The notes under the pieces are model-generated. The model saw nothing but the letters and a program-made list of their open reading frames with translations. It did not search any database and was not told where the DNA came from. DNA of 15,844 nt from Candidatus Electronema aureum. Lineage in GTDB: Bacteria; Desulfobacterota; Desulfobulbia; Desulfobulbales; Desulfobulbaceae. Location of the stretch: contig NQJD01000045.1 in assembly GCA_004284765.1 (NCBI GenBank), forward strand, positions 1-15,844. Direction: 5' to 3'. Below are positions 14,734-15,844 of this stretch, piece by piece; position 1 is the first letter of the stretch, and the number at the start of each line of letters is the position of its first letter. The position numbers and the translations under genes are program-made.

Positions 14734-15717
14734 ATGAAAGTGCTTGTCACTGGCGGCACCGGTTTCACCGGCAAAGCCTTAGTTAAACGATTAGTCGATA
14801 CAGGCCACGAGGTAGTCAGCTTGGATTATCAGGAAGGGCTGAAGACCGACGAAATTCGCTCTTGGGGAGTGAAGGTAGTAATCGGCAGCGTCACTGATCG
14901 AGCTGCGGTGGAACGCTGTATGGAAGGTGTGGAAGTGGTACAGCATTTGGCTGCTGCTTTCCGCGAGTTAGACGTACCCAACAGCTATTATGATGAAGTA
15001 AACGTCAGCGGTACCAAGATCGTACTGGAAGTAGCCTTTGCCCATAAGGTAAAGAAGTTTGTTTATTGCTCCACCTGCGGTGTGCACGGCAATGTGGATC
15101 ATCCGCCTGCTGATGAGAACGCGCCTATCCAGCCGGGTGATTATTATCAGCAGACCAAATACAATGCAGAGCCGATTGTTCACGAATATTGTGCCAAGGG
15201 TATGGATGCAGTCATCCTTCGGCCTGCCGCTATCTATGGCCCCGGTGACCCAGAGCGCTTCCAGATGATCTTTCGGCGAGTGAGCAAGGGCGTGTTCCCG
15301 ATGTTTGGTGACGGTAAAACCTTCTATCATCCGCTCTACATCGACAACCTGATTGATGCCTTTATGCTGGCGATGGAGCCGGGCAAGGGGCGCGGCCAAG
15401 CCTATTTGATCGCTGACGAGGACTATGTGAGCATTGAAACCTTGGTGCAGAAAACTGCCAAGGCTCTGGGCGTAGAGGTGAAGATTCCCCATTATCCGAT
15501 TTTGCCGCTGATGATTGCCGGGCATATCTGCGAGAAAGTCTGCAAGCCTTTCAAGATCGCGCCGCCGATCTTCCCACGCCGCGTTGATTGGTTCCGACAG
15601 AATCGGGCCTTCAATATCAATAAGGCCAAGCGCGACCTTGGCTATCAGCCTAAGATTGGTTTAGACGAAGGGCTGAAGCGTACTGGTGCGTGGTATCGAC
15701 AGGAAGGATATATATAA
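14734..15717 (+). CDS. NAD-dependent epimerase/dehydratase (extended SDR family)
   Basis: N-terminal Rossmann motif VLVTGGTGFTGKAL. Catalytic YxxxK is present (YQQTK), with an upstream STCGVHG serine region. The length (327 aa) and overall pattern are typical of nucleotide-sugar epimerases/dehydratases. The substrate cannot be inferred. Confidence 0.85.
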   Translation: MKVLVTGGTGFTGKALVKRLVDTGHEVVSLDYQEGLKTDEIRSWGVKVVIGSVTDRAAVERCMEGVEVVQHLAAAFRELDVPNSYYDEVNVSGTKIVLEVAFAHKVKKFVYCSTCGVHGNVDHPPADENAPIQPGDYYQQTKYNAEPIVHEYCAKGMDAVILRPAAIYGPGDPERFQMIFRRVSKGVFPMFGDGKTFYHPLYIDNLIDAFMLAMEPGKGRGQAYLIADEDYVSIETLVQKTAKALGVEVKIPHYPILPLMIAGHICEKVCKPFKIAPPIFPRRVDWFRQNRAFNINKAKRDLGYQPKIGLDEGLKRTGAWYRQEGYI

Positions 15718-15844
15718 TACCTAATGTGCAACTCTTTTAAACTTGATTAGGCAGCAATCAAGCCATCCAAGTCAAGTGGAGGGCGGTTATAGACCAAATT
15801 AAGGAAGACACAAACAGTGTGCGCCAAAATTTTACGAATCAGAC

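Noticed and set aside
15742-15762. Inverted repeat CTTGATT-aggcagc-AATCAAG after the epimerase gene, as a possible terminator.
   Set aside because: The AT-rich 7-bp stem has no following T-tract, which is weak evidence for an intrinsic terminator.

Overview
This 15.8 kb window looks like chromosomal DNA from a diderm (Gram-negative) bacterium: it carries waaA, an RND-type lipoprotein adaptor and a lipoprotein multiheme cytochrome. Hand counts put the backbone GC in the low-to-mid 50s %, broken by two AT-rich patches. The backbone genes are as follows. On the minus strand: a tetR-family regulator with an RND/MFP adaptor (no permease follows it); a translationally coupled aroK-like kinase, hybrid histidine kinase and REC+HD-GYP regulator; comEC/rec2; waaA (kdtA); and tRNA-Thr(CGU). 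On the plus strand: a nine-heme c-type cytochrome lipoprotein with a small membrane protein, and an SDR epimerase/dehydratase. AT-rich patch 1 (about 1-1150) holds a truncated IS982-like transposase fragment, a 22-bp-phased GGTATG(C/G)TT motif array that starts where the transposase similarity ends, and a 212-aa helical protein with an RNxxxH (HEPN-like) motif. AT-rich patch 2 (about 9650-11245) is the best candidate for an undescribed system. It is an opposite-strand, overlapping two-gene cassette wedged between comEC and waaA. It encodes a Panacea/DUF4065 (SocA-like) antitoxin-type protein followed by a 239-aa protein that by eye resembles a heavily decorated MazF/PemK-fold toxin, with its own promoter carrying a 17-bp palindrome. 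All functional calls rest on motif recognition by eye. No database search or structure prediction was possible.
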